Below, piece by piece: positions 40,281 to 60,814 of a stretch of 64,000 bases of DNA. Under the pieces are notes generated by a model. It was not told where the DNA came from. It worked only from the letters and a program-made list of their open reading frames with translations, and did no database searches. The stretch lies in the NCBI RefSeq assembly GCF_009914755.1, contig NC_060928.1. One strand, given 5' to 3'. Within the stretch, counting starts at the first letter, position 1. Each line of letters opens with the position of its first letter. Made by a program: the position numbers and the translations under genes. Source of the DNA: the human T2T-CHM13v2.0 reference genome, Homo sapiens.

Positions 40281-40966
40281 GAGGACAGGCAAAAAGGGAT
40301 CTGTCTCTTCAATGGCAGGAGGTTAGAGAGGGAGGGCTCAGAAAGTCCCAGGGACACAAGCTGCCAACAGAAGGTTTCATGGCAGGAAGCCAGGGGTCTC
40401 CAAGGAAACAATATCAGTTGGATTTAGACAAGCAAAGTGCATGCAGAGCAGGGCCTGCGGCGTCACAGTGATGGGCTCCATACATTTCTGGCAAAAAGGG
40501 GTGTACAGATGACAGGCCATCCCCGCCCACTGCTGTGCCCCTCTGCCTTCCAACAAGCAACAAGAGTGCAAAGCAAAGGGAGACAGAGACACATCCTGGT
40601 CTGCTGGGAAGAGACCTTTGGGAAGGTACATTTATGAAACGCCTGCTGTATTCCGGAAGTAGACAGGCTTGCCTTCAGACTTCAGCTCTGCCATTTAATA
40701 GCTATGTGACCTTGAACAAGGCCCTCACACATTTAAATCCATTGCTTCATCTGTAGCTGGGAGTAACAACACTAACTACACAGTCTGTAAAATGACTAAT
40801 TCAAGCTTAGCGCAAAGCAGGCAGTTAAAAAGATGGGAAGCACGACTGCACTTTTTCTTTTTTAACTGGAAGCGCTGAAATTCTCAGAGAATGTTATCAA
40901 ACTTTGAAAGAGACCCCAATCCACTGCAAGGTCACCGTCCCCACCCAGCAAGAGCAGCGCCCTTAC

Positions 40967-41062
40967 CTTCTCCAGTTCTGCCTTGTGCACCGGGGAGCTT
41001 GGTGGAGGAGGACACTCTGAATCCACGGGGCCACTACAACCACTGTAGGCTTCTTTGATCAC
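40967..41062 (-). CDS. AFAP1: AFAP1 coding exon (96 nt, phase 0-0): VIKEAYSGCSGPVDSECPPPPSSPVHKAELEK
   Basis: Acceptor TTTTATAG|GTG, donor AAG|GTAAGG; 32 codons; continues the PH1 helix. Confidence 0.96.
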
Positions 41063-42717
41063 CTATAAAAAGCACAGACACTTTGTGAGTATGCCCAAAG
41101 GCAGAGATACTTAAAGGCTTGAACTGTGAGTTGTACAGACAGAGGCACATGGCGTGGTAGGGAAATTCATGGGCTCAAAGCACCTGGCTCTGAGTTCCAG
41201 CGTGCCAGGTACTCATTTGTTCACTCACCCATGCATTCATTCACCCAAAGTCTATCAACGCTGGTACTAACATAGGGCATGGAACATGCAACTACGTCTC
41301 CTGCTGGCATGGAGTTTCATTCCATGTAATTTATTTATCGCCATGAACAATAAGGGTCACCAAAAGAATGACAGCAACACGAGACCGCAGTAAGTGCCAC
41401 AAAGAACAAAAGATAGTGGGTGGCTACTTTAGATCAAGAGACCAGGGGGCCTTATGCAATGATGCTGAAGGGTCCAGCCATGCGAACAACTGGCGGGAAA
41501 GGGCTCTGGGCAGCAGGAACAGCTGGTGAAAAAGCCCTGCGGTGGATGTGAAGAGTTGGGAATAACCCGGAGCGCAAACTGGCAGGACGGGAGAGGGAGA
41601 ACGTGGTAGGAGATGAGGCAGGAGGCCAGTAGGAGACTTCAGGCCCAGGAGAAGACAGACCCTAGGAGCATTTCAAGGAGAGGAGGGACTGGATTCAAGA
41701 GCATTGGCTCAGGACCTAGTGCCTGGGTTTAATCCTGGCTTTAGCCTTGGACAAATCAATTAACTGCCCTGTGCTTCAGCTTCCTCATCTGAAAAGTGCA
41801 GGTGCAACAGTGCCTACCTTCTGAAGGTTAAATGCCCCAAGACAGCGCCTAAAGCATAACCAGCACTTGATTGTTAAAAGGCTGTAGAAAACACTCTAGT
41901 TGCTGTGGGAAGAAATAATTATACAGGGACAACAACAACGAAAAAGCATAGGGAAATCCATGAGAGGACGTTGCTGTAGCTGTGCAGGTGGCAGCAGAGG
42001 CTGGAGTGACCCCACTGAAGACAGAAGGACAGAAAGGGAGTCAGGAGGTACCCGAGGGAGAATCGCCAGGCCCAGCTGGATTGGACATGGGACTTGAGGG
42101 AAAGAACTGACTCCAAGGTGACTCCTGGATTCTTAGCAACTGGGTGGTGCTATTTACTCAGAGGAAGACTGGACAGAGAAATGGGCTGGGTGGAGAGAAG
42201 CCAGTTTGAAGTCAACAGCAAACTTCTAGTCAGTGCTAGAAATAAACTGGGAGCCACTGGCAAAAGGATGATGCTCACAGCCTTGGTCTGGATGAGTTTA
42301 CCAGGGAAGATGGCAAGACAGAGAAGAACAGAGATCAGGGAGAAGGACCCGGAGCCCGTTGGCGTCAAGGAGTAGAGTTAAAGGAGAGAAGCTGGTAAAA
42401 GATGCTGAGCTGGAAGGCACGGGAAAGCAGGCAGAAAACCAGGAGAGCACAGTCTCCAAGGAGAGGGAGAAGAGAGCTCCACGGAGGGAGATGAGCCGAG
42501 AGAGAGAGAGACAGCCGTGACTCCCTAAGGGAAGCGGAGAGACTAGGAGTGGGGGAGGAGGAGATGAGCAAAGGAAGGCGTTTCCAAAGTGTTCCTTCTC
42601 CTGCTGAAGGATGCTTCCATTTTAATGAAAGGCAGAGTGAGGATGTGGAGGGAAGAGGGAGGAGGCAGAGAGGCTAGCACATCCTGTCTGACAGAGTCCA
42701 CTTTCTCAGTAAGACTA

Positions 42718-43035
<318 letters not shown>

Positions 43036-44419
43036 TTACCAGCTGTGTGGCCTTGGGGGAAAGTATTTAATCTCTCAGAGCTTCAGTTTCCTCCCCAGCG
43101 AGGGAATAAGTGTGAAGATTACCTGTCTTGCAGGACTATGGTTAAACTGAGACAGTGAGATCCGCTATGGAAGAAGTCTAAGCCAGCATGTGGCACGTGT
43201 ACATTCAAACCATGGAAGCAACACCGTCATTACTGTCAGCATTTTGATGACCTATGATAAGAGCTCAGAAAATGATTCTGGACTAGACTTCCAGATGCAG
43301 GGATGGTGAGCCTGCAGGACAGGATTCCGTGCACAAGGGCTTTCCCAGCCGCCCCCTACATGCAGTCACCACATGTTTCTCCAACCCCTACTGAGCTCAT
43401 CAGCAACCAGGCCCACTGTGATCACGGGGGACGTGCAGCAAATAAGACAGACAAGGTTCCAGCACTTGCAAAACTTACATTCTTAAAACTGAAAAGTTAG
43501 CAGGCAAAATTTTCAAAATGTCTTCTATTCTTTTTAGGACTAAGCTGCAATTTCAGTTAAACTCAAGCTTCTTCTGGGCAAAAAAGAAACACCAAAGTCC
43601 CAGATATGTGTGTAGTAATTTTGCAATTGGGCCTCCACAGACAGATCCAAATTCCCTCAGCTTGTGCTGGTGCTGGGATTAAATCCAAGGCCTGACAAGA
43701 GACCAGGATAGTGTTTCCAGCCATTTTGCTCCTCAGCTGTTTTATGAAAAAACAACAGAGTGATGTCCACAGTTGAGACTACAAAAGAGAGAAAGAAAAT
43801 GAAAGAAGAAACCCAGAGAGCTCGCTGTCATATCTCCTCTTTGCTAATGCCGAGGTGTGGAAGCATGAGCAAACCTGAACCTCAATGCAGTGATCTGTGT
43901 GTCTGATCTCTCTTGTTTCTCTCGCTTTCATGCTAATTGCTTTTTTGGTCTTTACTCCCTCACCTACCCTAAGGTGTTTATTAAGTCTCCAAATGACAAG
44001 GCAAATTTTTATTTGATTTGAGGACAAGACTTTCTTTTCACTAGGGAAGGCATGTTCACGCAATGGAAAACTCCTGAGCTTCTACGTCAAACCCACCTGG
44101 GTTTAAACCCCAGGTGGACCACTTGCTGTTTATGTGAAGCTGAGCAATTCTCAGAGCCTTGCTTCCTTCCTCAATAACACGCACAAAATAATACCTCAGG
44201 GGGTCATTGTGAAAACTAAACGTTAAAACAAATGTGAAGTATCCAGCCCAGTATTTCTCCCCTAACAGGCATTAAGGAAACCTGAACTCTCCCCACGATT
44301 ATATTTAATAGTGTTAAATAAATGAAAATGTGCTTCCATTATACAAACGCACCTGACATGCTCTTCATTTTACACTAAAAGGCTGTACCCCATAAAACAT
44401 AACCTGCCAAAACCCATGA

Positions 44420-44784
<365 letters not shown>

Positions 44785-47309
44785 CCTCTTTCTTTTTTTT
44801 TTTCAACAGGGGAACTTCTTTGGCAGCACTACTCCAATTATTCCCAGCAGCCTCTTGGGTAGGGTGGAGGGGCTGGCTGTGTGAATGGTGTCTTCTGGAG
44901 GAGCTGTGCTTTTTTTTATATAGCTAAATAGAACTCATCTTTCAAGATTCAGCTGAGGTCTCCCATCTTCAGGAAGCCTGCTCTGGCCCTTCTGTGTGGT
45001 CCATAAGGCAGGGCTCCCCCTCCACACATGCCCACAGAGGCCTGTGTCTCCTACTAAGTTGTGCTCGTGTTCATGGGAGGGGCTGGGCCTTGCTTTTGTC
45101 ACTGTTCCCAATGTCTACTTCGAAACAGCAACCAAAAGTTTGATTAAAGGGAAAACAATGAGGGAATGAGGAAAGAAACTGGAATTAAGATTTCTATGAA
45201 GAAAAAAAAGAAGGAAAGAAAAACAGAAGGAAAGAAACGTAGGCCATCACTAAAATAAGAAGAGCCTCATGACCAAGCTTCCCCAGTCCTCGGCACTGGT
45301 TTCTAAAATCCTCAAGAGGAAAAAGTGTTGTTTTGTGTGTTTTTTAAAGGAAAGTAGATAAAAGCCATCTGGCACATACGCACTTCCCCACTCAGCCCTA
45401 CCCTAACACACACACCCTGGCTAAGCTCCTGGCAGACTCGCCTGGTCCCTGGAGTGTCCCCATCCCTCTCCTGTTCCCATCAGCTCCGACTTTCTAGCAG
45501 ACAGACGACGCTGCCCAGCATCAAAGCACCTCACGTAATCGCCTTTCCAAGAAGCTTTCCTGGTACACCCAACCATGTAATCTGAATGCTTAGAATGGGG
45601 AACACAGACAAGCCAGCCACGTTTGCTCTCTAATCATTAACTTCTCTCCCAGCTAGAACTCACATTGCCCCAGGAAAATAACAGCATCTCCAACAGTGCT
45701 TGGGAGGATCGCATTCAGCAACCCAGAGCAGGCCCAGGATCAACCTGGTGCCCAGCAAGGGGGTGGCTCATGGCATCCCAGCTTCGTGGGACTCTCTTCC
45801 CCCAGGCATAATAACTATGTCCAAGGTACGAAGAAAGGCATTGCTAAAAACATGCATCAGCATAAACCAGTCTTTATTCCCACAAAGTTTTTCAACCAGT
45901 CGGAGAGGTCAGGTTATTTTCATGAAACTGTCTTTCTACTTTGGATCTCTGTTGATTGCCAAGCTGCACCTGCAGAGTTTAGTCAGAAGTAATAAGTAAA
46001 GCACTGATCACTCCAATTCTTTGAACAGCTATAAATGAGGCTTCTATTAATACATTTCTACTTGAAGAGCCATGTCCTATGAGGTTCAATGTGTATTTAA
46101 GAGAACTGGATCCAAATTCAGAATCGCAAATCCTCCAAAAAAACAAATTGTTATATATTTTGTGGTATTTTGTTTGCTTTTAACTTGAGCCCTCGACTCC
46201 AGAAACACAATCTCTGCACATTTTTTAAGGAAATCTGACCACTCCGTTTCTGGGAATATTGGCTCTTGTCTTCTGTTTGACCCCTACACAAAGGCTCATG
46301 TTTTCAGCATTTGTGTACACACACACACACACACACAGAGACAGTCAGTTAATTCTGTCAAGAACCACTAGTAATGGAAATTGGAGACAGAGAGCAGAAA
46401 CAAATTTGGCAGTAATTCTTGCACGAGTATGTGCAAAGTCAAGCACTGGTTAAACACAGTTCTCATGGTTTTTTTAGACTTGACAAAGGGCGTGTGCAAC
46501 TTCATTAAAGATTTTTAATGGTTACATTAAAATTACGTTTCACAGAAAGTCAAATCTCACATGTTCTCACTCATGTGGGTGCTAAATAATGCCTACACGT
46601 GAATGGAGAGTGGAGAATGACAGCAATGGAGGCCGGGAAGGCTGAGGGAACGGGAGGAAGGGGGATGGCGAGAAATTGGTTAATGGGCACTGAGGGAATG
46701 GGAGGAAGGATGGTGAGGAACTGGTGAAGGGTACAGTGTACATTATTTGGGTGATGGATACCCTGAAATCTCTGATTTGACCACTATGCAATCTATGAAT
46801 ATAAATTTATACAGATCTTTTCCAAAGCTGTGTTTCAAAAGACTGAAAGTCTGGTTCATTAGTACTGAACAATATGGGATAACAGCAGTTTATATTAATA
46901 AAAGACTTGGCATTTGTATTATAAAACAATTCATGTTAGAGACTTGTTAACCCTAAGGGGTAATACAAATATTATCATTCATATTTTCACCGTTTATTAT
47001 AGTTCTAAGAATGCATTTATATCATGATTTCATTCTACCCCTTTGAAAATTCTGATGATTATTTCCACTTGATAGATAAACGGGAAAGGGTTTATTGCCC
47101 CAAAATATCATAACGAGTTAATGGTATTCCAGGAATGTACCCTATGCTTCCCGACTCTCACCCACCTTTCCATCACTCTAGCGCACTACCTTCTGGCTCA
47201 CCAGGGGTTGTTCCTTTTATGCGGCAGTTCTTTAGTTTTTAAAAAAAATCTACCTCAGTCACCAAGACGTGGCCTTTACAAGGTGAAATAAAGAGCTATA
47301 ACAACACTG

Positions 47310-49970
<2,661 letters not shown>

Positions 49971-50768
49971 ATGTGGGTGTCCACAGGATTCAGGTTCTGC
50001 AAGGACAATGGATACAGTAAACATATTGTGGTTCTTCCTTGAGAACTCTGGCAAAGCCACTATGGTACCTGCACAGCACATTAAAGCCACTCTGTGTTCA
50101 CCTAGGGCTGCTTGAAACCACAAGATGCTAAGAAATCCCTATAGCGTCGCCCCCACACCCCCCGGCTGGCTATGTGAACTTGGGATCCACCAGCACCAGG
50201 ACTCTGCTACGTCCTGATGAGAAAAGGAAAGCAGCATTTTCAAAACTGCTTAAGATGGTTGCCTTAGGGTGTTTTGGTTTATTTTGAAATTCGAGACAGC
50301 AGCTTATTCACCATGTGGTTTCTTCTTTCAGCAGACACAGGAAGAGTCTGTCTCTCAGCCTCCCCCACAGTTTGGCCAAAGGAGTGTGGGAAGCGGTGAT
50401 GTAAGTCCAGTTCTTGCCCCCAGAAACATCCTGCTGTCATCAGCTATCCGGCCTGTTCTCTGCAGGCGTATGCGGAGCCTAATGAGATGCAGAGGTGGTG
50501 GCAGAGGAAAAGCAACAGTGGTAAGAGCAGCTTTTACTTATGTAAGGCTCATGACATGCTTTCTGCCATTGTGAACACTCTGTCTTAGCATCTCGTCCTC
50601 ACAATAGCTCTAGAAAGCAGATACCATTATTATACCCACCTTTACAGATGAAGAAACAGAGGCACTGAGAAGTCACATAGCTTGTCCAAGAAACACAGTG
50701 CCTAACAGCTAGGGCTCAGGTCATAGTCCCAGGAGTCTGACTCCAGTCTGTGCTCTACCTATACCGTC

Positions 50769-51139
50769 TGAAATGGTTTAGCTGTGTCCCCACCCAAGTC
50801 TCATCTTGAATTGTAGTTCCCATAATCCCCATGTCTCATGGGAGGGACCCAGTGGGAGGTAATTGAATCATGGGGGCGGTTACCTTCATGCTGTTCTCGT
50901 GATAGTTACTGAGCTCTCAGGAGATCTGATGCTTTTATAAGGGGCTTTCCCCTCTTTTGCTCCGCACTTCTCTCCTGCTGCCATGTGAAGAAGGACGTGT
51001 TTGCTTCCCCTTCTGCCAAGATTGTAAGTTTCCCAAGGCCTCCCCAGCCATGTGGAACTGTGAGTCAATGTAACCTCTTTCCTTTATAAATTACCCAGTC
51101 TAAGGTATTTCTTCATAGCGGCATGAGAAGACTAATACA
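50769..51139 (+). mobile_element. THE1-family (MaLR) solo LTR
   Basis: ATGGTTTAGCTGTGTCCCCACCCAAGTCTCATCTTGAATTGTAGTTCCCATAATCCCC ... GACTAATACA. Confidence 0.92.
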
Positions 51140-51419
51140 CTATCTCTCAACACAATACTGGCTCCCAAGTCCTTTTCCTGGCTGTGTTATATTATGCTGA
51201 ACTTAAGAAGCAATTATAAAAATCAAGTAAAACTTTATTCAAAGTGGTTGTGGGATGCCATTTACCCTAACTGCCTATCTGACTACAAAAAGACTTATTT
51301 TCTCTGATATCCTACCACTTCCCTGAGGCCTCCTCTTAAAAGGAAATGGGGGTGCTGAGCAAGGGTAGTTATTACCAAACCTGGCTTTGCCTCAGTCATC
51401 TGAGAACTCCTTAAAAAGA

Positions 51420-52000
51420 GAATTATAAGCAAAGAATACAGACAAAAACAGCAAAGGATATAAACACAGTTCACAGAAATACTGATACAACTGTAGGCTC
51501 TTAAACCCTATAAAAAATACTCAGTGTCATTCACAATAAGAGGAGTGCAGATTACAACTAGACTGAGATACCATCCTTCCACATCAGACTAGCAAAAACT
51601 CACAAGTTGGCTAACACACTCTATTGGCAAGGCTACAAGAAGAAAAGGCACTCTGATATATTGTTGGTGGGAGGGAAAATTGGTAAACCTCCTAGGAGAG
51701 TGCCTTAGCTATACATCAAAATTATAATACGAATGCTGATAACCTTCATGGAAGTGATTACTCTTTCTGAGAATTTAGGCTACAGACCAGCAAAAGTGTG
51801 AGATGAGATAAGCATAAGGTTATCTAATACAGAATTGTCTGTAATATCAAAAGACTGAAAGCAACCCAATGTCCATAAATGGGAGACAGACTATCTTTTT
51901 GAAGTATGGTCTATTCATACAATAAAATGTTATAGCCTGTAATAAAGAAAGAGGAAGTGCTCTATTCTCTAAATTGCAAAAATCTCCAGGATACTTTGTT
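51420..52000 (+). mobile_element. Old L1 (L1ME-like) remnant
   Basis: TTGTTGGTGGGAGGGAAAATTGGTA and AAAAGACTGAAAGCAACCCAATGTCCA resemble the ORF2 end. Confidence 0.55.
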
Positions 52001-52498
52001 TAGGTGGAAAAAAAAACAAGGTCCAAAATGCTGCACCCTTTCTATGGGGCGGGGCGAGGGGGAAGCAGATGAAATCTGCATTGCTATTTGCTTGCCTATG
52101 TACAAGGCAACTCTGAAAGAATACATACAAAATAGTAACTCTCCTGCACTGCTGGGAGAAGGGAATTGTACAAATAATCTTGGAAGACAATCTGGCAGAG
52201 TCTGGTGATGCTGAAGGTGTGCACATACTAAATAAGGCAATTCCAATGTAACAGGAGCGTCCTAGAGAAGACATGAAACGCGAGGCTGTGGGACATGTGC
52301 TGGAAGACCTCACGGCACCTCGGCCTGCAGTAGCAACAGCCCGTGAGCACAAAAAGTGGCCATCAGAAGCAGATAATTCTGAGTGAGAAAAAACAGCTGC
52401 AGGGTTTGTGGAGTTTGAAGCCATTTACACAGAAATTCTAAAACGTGAATAAAGTATCATTTACCTTGAATGGTTATATACACATATAAGTGAAAGGT

Positions 52499-52790
52499 TT
52501 TATTATTATTATTATTATTATTTATCTTTAGAGACAAGGTCTCATTCTGTCACCCAGGCTGGAGTGCAGTGGCCCAATCACAGCTCACTGAAACCTCAAA
52601 CTCCTGGGGCTCCAGCGATCCTCCTGCCTCTGCCCCTCAAGAAGCTGGGACTATAGGCTATGCCACCATGCTCAGATAATTTTTTAATGTTTTATAGAGA
52701 TAGCCTCTTGCTATTTTTCCCAGGCTGGTCTTGAACTCCTGGCCTCAAGTGATCCTCCCGCCTTGCCCTCCCAAAGCACTGGGATTACAG
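52499..52790 (-). mobile_element. Alu (AluJ-type) with a (TTA)n tail
   Basis: Reverse-complement Alu consensus. Confidence 0.92.
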
Positions 52791-54529
52791 AAGTGAAAGT
52801 ATTTTTTTAAAAGCATACCAAGATAATAATAAAGACCAAATTCAGATAAAAGTCGCCTTTGGGAAGGGAGAGAGACTTAAATAGGGGAGGCATGTTTCAA
52901 TTCTATCTGTAGCATTTTAGACCTTAAAAGGATATAAAAATGATACAAAGTAAAAAGGGAAAAAAAGATTCTTAAGTCCCTAATAAATCTGAATCACTGG
53001 GAATCAATGTTTTTTACATCTCTAAGTGTTTCTGATCTAATGACAGTATCTGGAAGAAACTACACTAGCCCATCTCAAGTCTCTGCTGGCCCAAGATAAT
53101 TCTGTAACTGCTTGAAACTAGTTTTGTCATCTGACTTTCCTTTCTAATCAAGACTTCTTAGATTCCTGTACCATTATATGTACTGGAAGTAACATCACAG
53201 ACATGAAAAATAGAGTAACTGAACAATTTAAACTCTTTAGAAAAGATACTTTACCCCGTATTATTTACTTTCCTTTTAAGAAAAATCAGCAAATGCTAAA
53301 AAAAAAAAAAAAAAATTCTTGCAATTAACTTCCGTTCATAAATGGAGTCATCATTCTATAATTAGCTAAGTGCCTCTGATCTATAAGTAGCTCCCATCTG
53401 GTGAAACACGATACAAGATTATTTCACCCCATCAGCGTCTGACATCTTGAGAAAGTTTTGTTTTTACTGGTCTGTTTGTCAGCGCACTGTCGGCTCTACG
53501 CCCTCTCCCAGTGACACTCCAGGATGACTTCATGTCAGACCAGCACCAGCAAGAAGGGGGCTGCTCTTCAGTGTGCAGGAAATACTTAACTAACTGTAAG
53601 GACAGAGGAGAAAAAGAAGAAAGCTGAAATTTCAGAGCGGCCTTTTTTGGGTTTCCACTGAGGAAGAGCTAAGCACAGAACGCAGAAGGATGGGTACAGG
53701 TGACCAAAAGCATGGGATCGGGTGAAGAAAACAGAATCATACAGAAAGCTTCACACTGAATTCCATAATTGTCGTTCCCTCCTTACGGAAGGGATGGCAC
53801 TATGGTCATAGAAATGTGGAATAAAAGAGGGAACGGCAAACTGTCAGATGGCCCAACACAGTGAGAATGAAATGTGAAGCCAGGAAACCCTGACTTAGAC
53901 CCCCTGCTTGATCGCTATGGATCATGGTAGCACTTCGCCCACCTGAGACTCAGGCTGTCAGCTGACAAATGAAACTACACACGCCTGCTTTGAGGTTAAG
54001 AAGCAATGATGGCAGAGAAGTCCCTTGTGAGTGTAAAGGGCTTTAGTGAAATTGGTAATGGTGGTGGCTGATGTATAACATATTAAAGTTCCATGCTGGG
54101 AAGGCTAAGTAAGCTCGACAGTAGAAACTTCCAATCACAGGACTTCCAGAAGGATCATCTGGAGGGGAAAAAAGCTCTCCTGAATCTCCCGTATGATACA
54201 GATGTGGGAAGAGCCTCAGCCACTGCCAATAACATGAAAAAAAAAAAGCATCTGTGTGTCCTGAGCAGCTGGCAGACAGCGGTGGGAGCCACTGCTCTTG
54301 TCATGGGGTCAGAACCACATGCTTTCCTGCGGATGACAGCGAAAGAGACTGAAGGTTTGATGGAGGGAGACCTGTGTAGTATAAGACCTTCTGCTATGAA
54401 GTGTTCTACCAGGTTTTCCCACCCCACTCCTGAGCCCTTTTCTCACAACAGGTACTTGCCGGCAACGATGGACTAGGTGGGTTGGGCCAATCTTCCTGAT
54501 GAAGACAATTAGAAAAGCAAGATAACCAT

Positions 54530-56440
<1,911 letters not shown>

Positions 56441-56759
56441 AAGCAAGATAAAATAGAGGAAGCATCTTTCCGAAAGCATAAGGCAGCTACTATGATAGTA
56501 AGCAAGGCCTGGGCCAAAATCCAGAAGAAGATGGAAATTCAGAAGGGAAGCCTGGTGGCTGGGACTGCCTTGCTACCCCAAGGGGGCAGCTGAGGGGCAA
56601 GGCAGAACCTCCAATGGCTCAGTGGGAAGAGAGATCCAAGCTGTAGTCCAGGGCATGCCAAAGAGGGGGTCGCTGGCAAAATACCCATAAGCAGGATGGA
56701 GACCCCAACGGAATGTAACTTGGAGTTAAGAGTGAACTGAAACAAATATAAACCTGCCT

Positions 56760-57850
56760 TTGAATGGACTGCGGGTGGCCTTAAGGTTACCTGGGTGGCT
56801 CTTGAATGGACTGCGGGCAGCCTTAAGGTTACCTGGGTGGCTCCTGAATGGACTGCGGGCTGCCTTAAAGTTACCTGGGTGGCTCTTGAATGGACTGCGG
56901 GCTGCCTTACAGTTACCTGGGTGGCTCCTGAATGGACTGTGGGCTGCCTTAAGGTTACCTGGGTGGCTCTTGAATGGACTGCGGGCTGCCTTAAGGTTAC
57001 CTGGGTGGCTCTTGAATGGACTGCGGGCTGCCTTAAGGTTACCTGGGTGGCTCTTGAATGGACTGCGGGCTGCCTTAAGGTTACCTGGGTGGCTCTTGAA
57101 TGGACTGCGGGCTGCCTTAAGGTTACCTGGGTGGCTCTTGAATGGACTGCGGGCTGCCTTAAGGTTACCTGGGTGGCTCTTGAATGGACTGCGGGCGGCC
57201 TTAAGGTTACCTGGGTGGCTCTTGAATGGACTGCGGGCTGCCTTAAGGTTACCTGGGTGGCTCTTGAATGGACTGCGGGCGGCCTCAAGGTTACCTGGGT
57301 GGCTCTTGAATGGACTGTGGGCTGTCTTGAGGTTACCTGGGTGGCTCTTGAATGGACTGCGGGCTGCCTTACAGTTACCTGGGTGGCTCTTGAATGGACT
57401 GTGGGCTGCCTTAAGGTTACCTGGGTGGCTCTTGAATAGACTGCGGGCTGCCTTAAGGTTACCTGGGTGGCTCTTGAATGGACTGCGGGCTGCCTTAAGG
57501 TTACCTGGGTGGCTCTTGAATGGACTGCGGGCTGCCTTAAGGTTACCTGGGTGGCTCTTGAATGGACTGCGGGCTGCCTTAAGGTTACCTGGGTGGCTCT
57601 TGAATGGACTGCGGGCTGCCTTAAGGTTACCTGGGTGGCTCTTGAATGGACTGCGGGCGGCCTTAAGGTTACCTGGGTGGCTCTTGAATGGACTGTGGGC
57701 TGCCTTAAGGTTACCTGGGTGGCTCTTGAATGGACTGCGGGCGGCCTCAAGGTTACCTGGGTGGCTCTTGAATGGACTGTGGGCTGTCTTGAGGTTACCT
57801 GGGTGGCTCTTGAATGGACTGAGGGCTGCCTTAAGGTTACCTGGGTGGCT
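56760..57850. repeat. Minisatellite/VNTR, 42-bp unit x26 (TTGAATGGACTGCGGGCTGCCTTAAGGTTACCTGGGTGGCTC)
   Basis: Exact 42-bp period with no indels; explains the 440-aa and 374-aa periodic ORFs. Confidence 0.99.
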
Positions 57851-57939
57851 GAAAACCTCAAACCCTGAATTGAGAATAAACTAATTTTGGAGCGCTAACA
57901 CCCCCAAGTGTGCGGGAGAGGCAAGGGAAAATGCTCCTT

Positions 57940-58860
<921 letters not shown>

Positions 58861-59187
58861 AAGATTTCAATAATTTTTCCCCTAATATAATGCCTAGCGT
58901 GAACTTGAGATAACCTGGCACAAGGATGACAAAAATGACATGAACAAGTACAGCACAACAGACAACAGAACCAGGTTCAAACTCCACCAAAACCACTGTC
59001 AAACCACCATGCTGATGACATTTATGAAGATAAACGTCAAGTAAACGTTTCTAAAAGAAATTTAACAATGTACAAATAGTATTTCCAGCCTGAAGAAGAA
59101 ACAACTAGAAATTCTAGATACAAGCCAAAATGAACTCTAAAACAAAAACAAACCAAAAAGATTAGAGACTCTAGGACTGAACACTAC

Positions 59188-59546
59188 TGCCATGGACGGA
59201 ATGTGTTCCCCCAAATTCATATCCTGAAATCCTAACCCTCAAGAGGATGGTGTTATGACGCAGAACCTCTGGGAGGTGACTAGGTCATGAGGGCAGAGCC
59301 CCCATGAATGGGATTGGTACCCTTATAAAAGAGGCCCCAGAGACCTGCCTTGTCCCTTCCGCCACATGAGGACACAGATGGAAGATGCCATCTGTGAACC
59401 AGGAAGCAGGCCCTCACCAGACACTGAATAGAACGGTCCCTTGATCTTGGACTTCTCAGACTCCAGAACCGTGAGAAATACATTTGTTATAAATAAGCCA
59501 CTCAGTTTATCATATTTCATCAGAGCAATCCAAGTAGACTAAGACA
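59188..59546 (+). mobile_element. MLT1A-type (MaLR) solo LTR
   Basis: CCCCAAATTCATAT..TAGGTCATGAGGGCAGAGCCCCCATGAATGGGATT..CCTTATAAAAGAGGCCCCAG..GACTAAGACA. Confidence 0.88.
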
Positions 59547-59683
59547 ACTACCATCACCAAAATTAAGAACCCAGTGAACAGGAACACATTTAATAGCAGA
59601 TTAGAAGCAGCCAAAGACAGAAATAATGGGCTGGAAAGGAACAAGAAAAATAAACCAGACTAAAGAAGAAAAAAGAATGGTTA

Positions 59684-59978
<295 letters not shown>

Positions 59979-60189
59979 GGTTGGTAAATACAAAAAGAAA
60001 CCAGAAGTAAATATAGTGAGAAAGTCTAACATATATTTAAATGTAGTCTCAGGGAAGAAGGAGAAATGGGGAAAAGCTGTATTTTAAGAAAATGGCTGAA
60101 AAAATTTTCCCAAACTTAGAAAGATAAAAATCCACAAGATTTCAGAAGCCCAGCCAATCCCAACCAGAATAAAATTTAAAAAGAATTCA

Positions 60190-60657
<468 letters not shown>

Positions 60658-60782
60658 TCAACACAACAAATCAACTGATATTATAAGGGAGTTCGAACAG
60701 AAACACTGAGGAAGCTCTAGCATCATGAAAACCTGAGTGCGGGCAAGGCATCTGAAAGTCTGAATCTGCAGATGAGCAGGTT

Positions 60783-60814
60783 CACACACACACACACACA
60801 CACACATACACACA
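60783..60814. repeat. (CA)n microsatellite = (UG)n in AFAP1 pre-mRNA
   Basis: CACACACACACACACACACACACATACACACA, about 130 nt upstream of the 60651 acceptor. Confidence 0.95.

Noticed and set aside
56539-57884. 440-aa and 374-aa periodic ORFs as standalone genes
   Set aside because: They arise from a 42-bp unit that lacks stops in several frames, start at TTG rather than ATG, and have no promoter evidence. Kept only as the cryptic-exon hypothesis.
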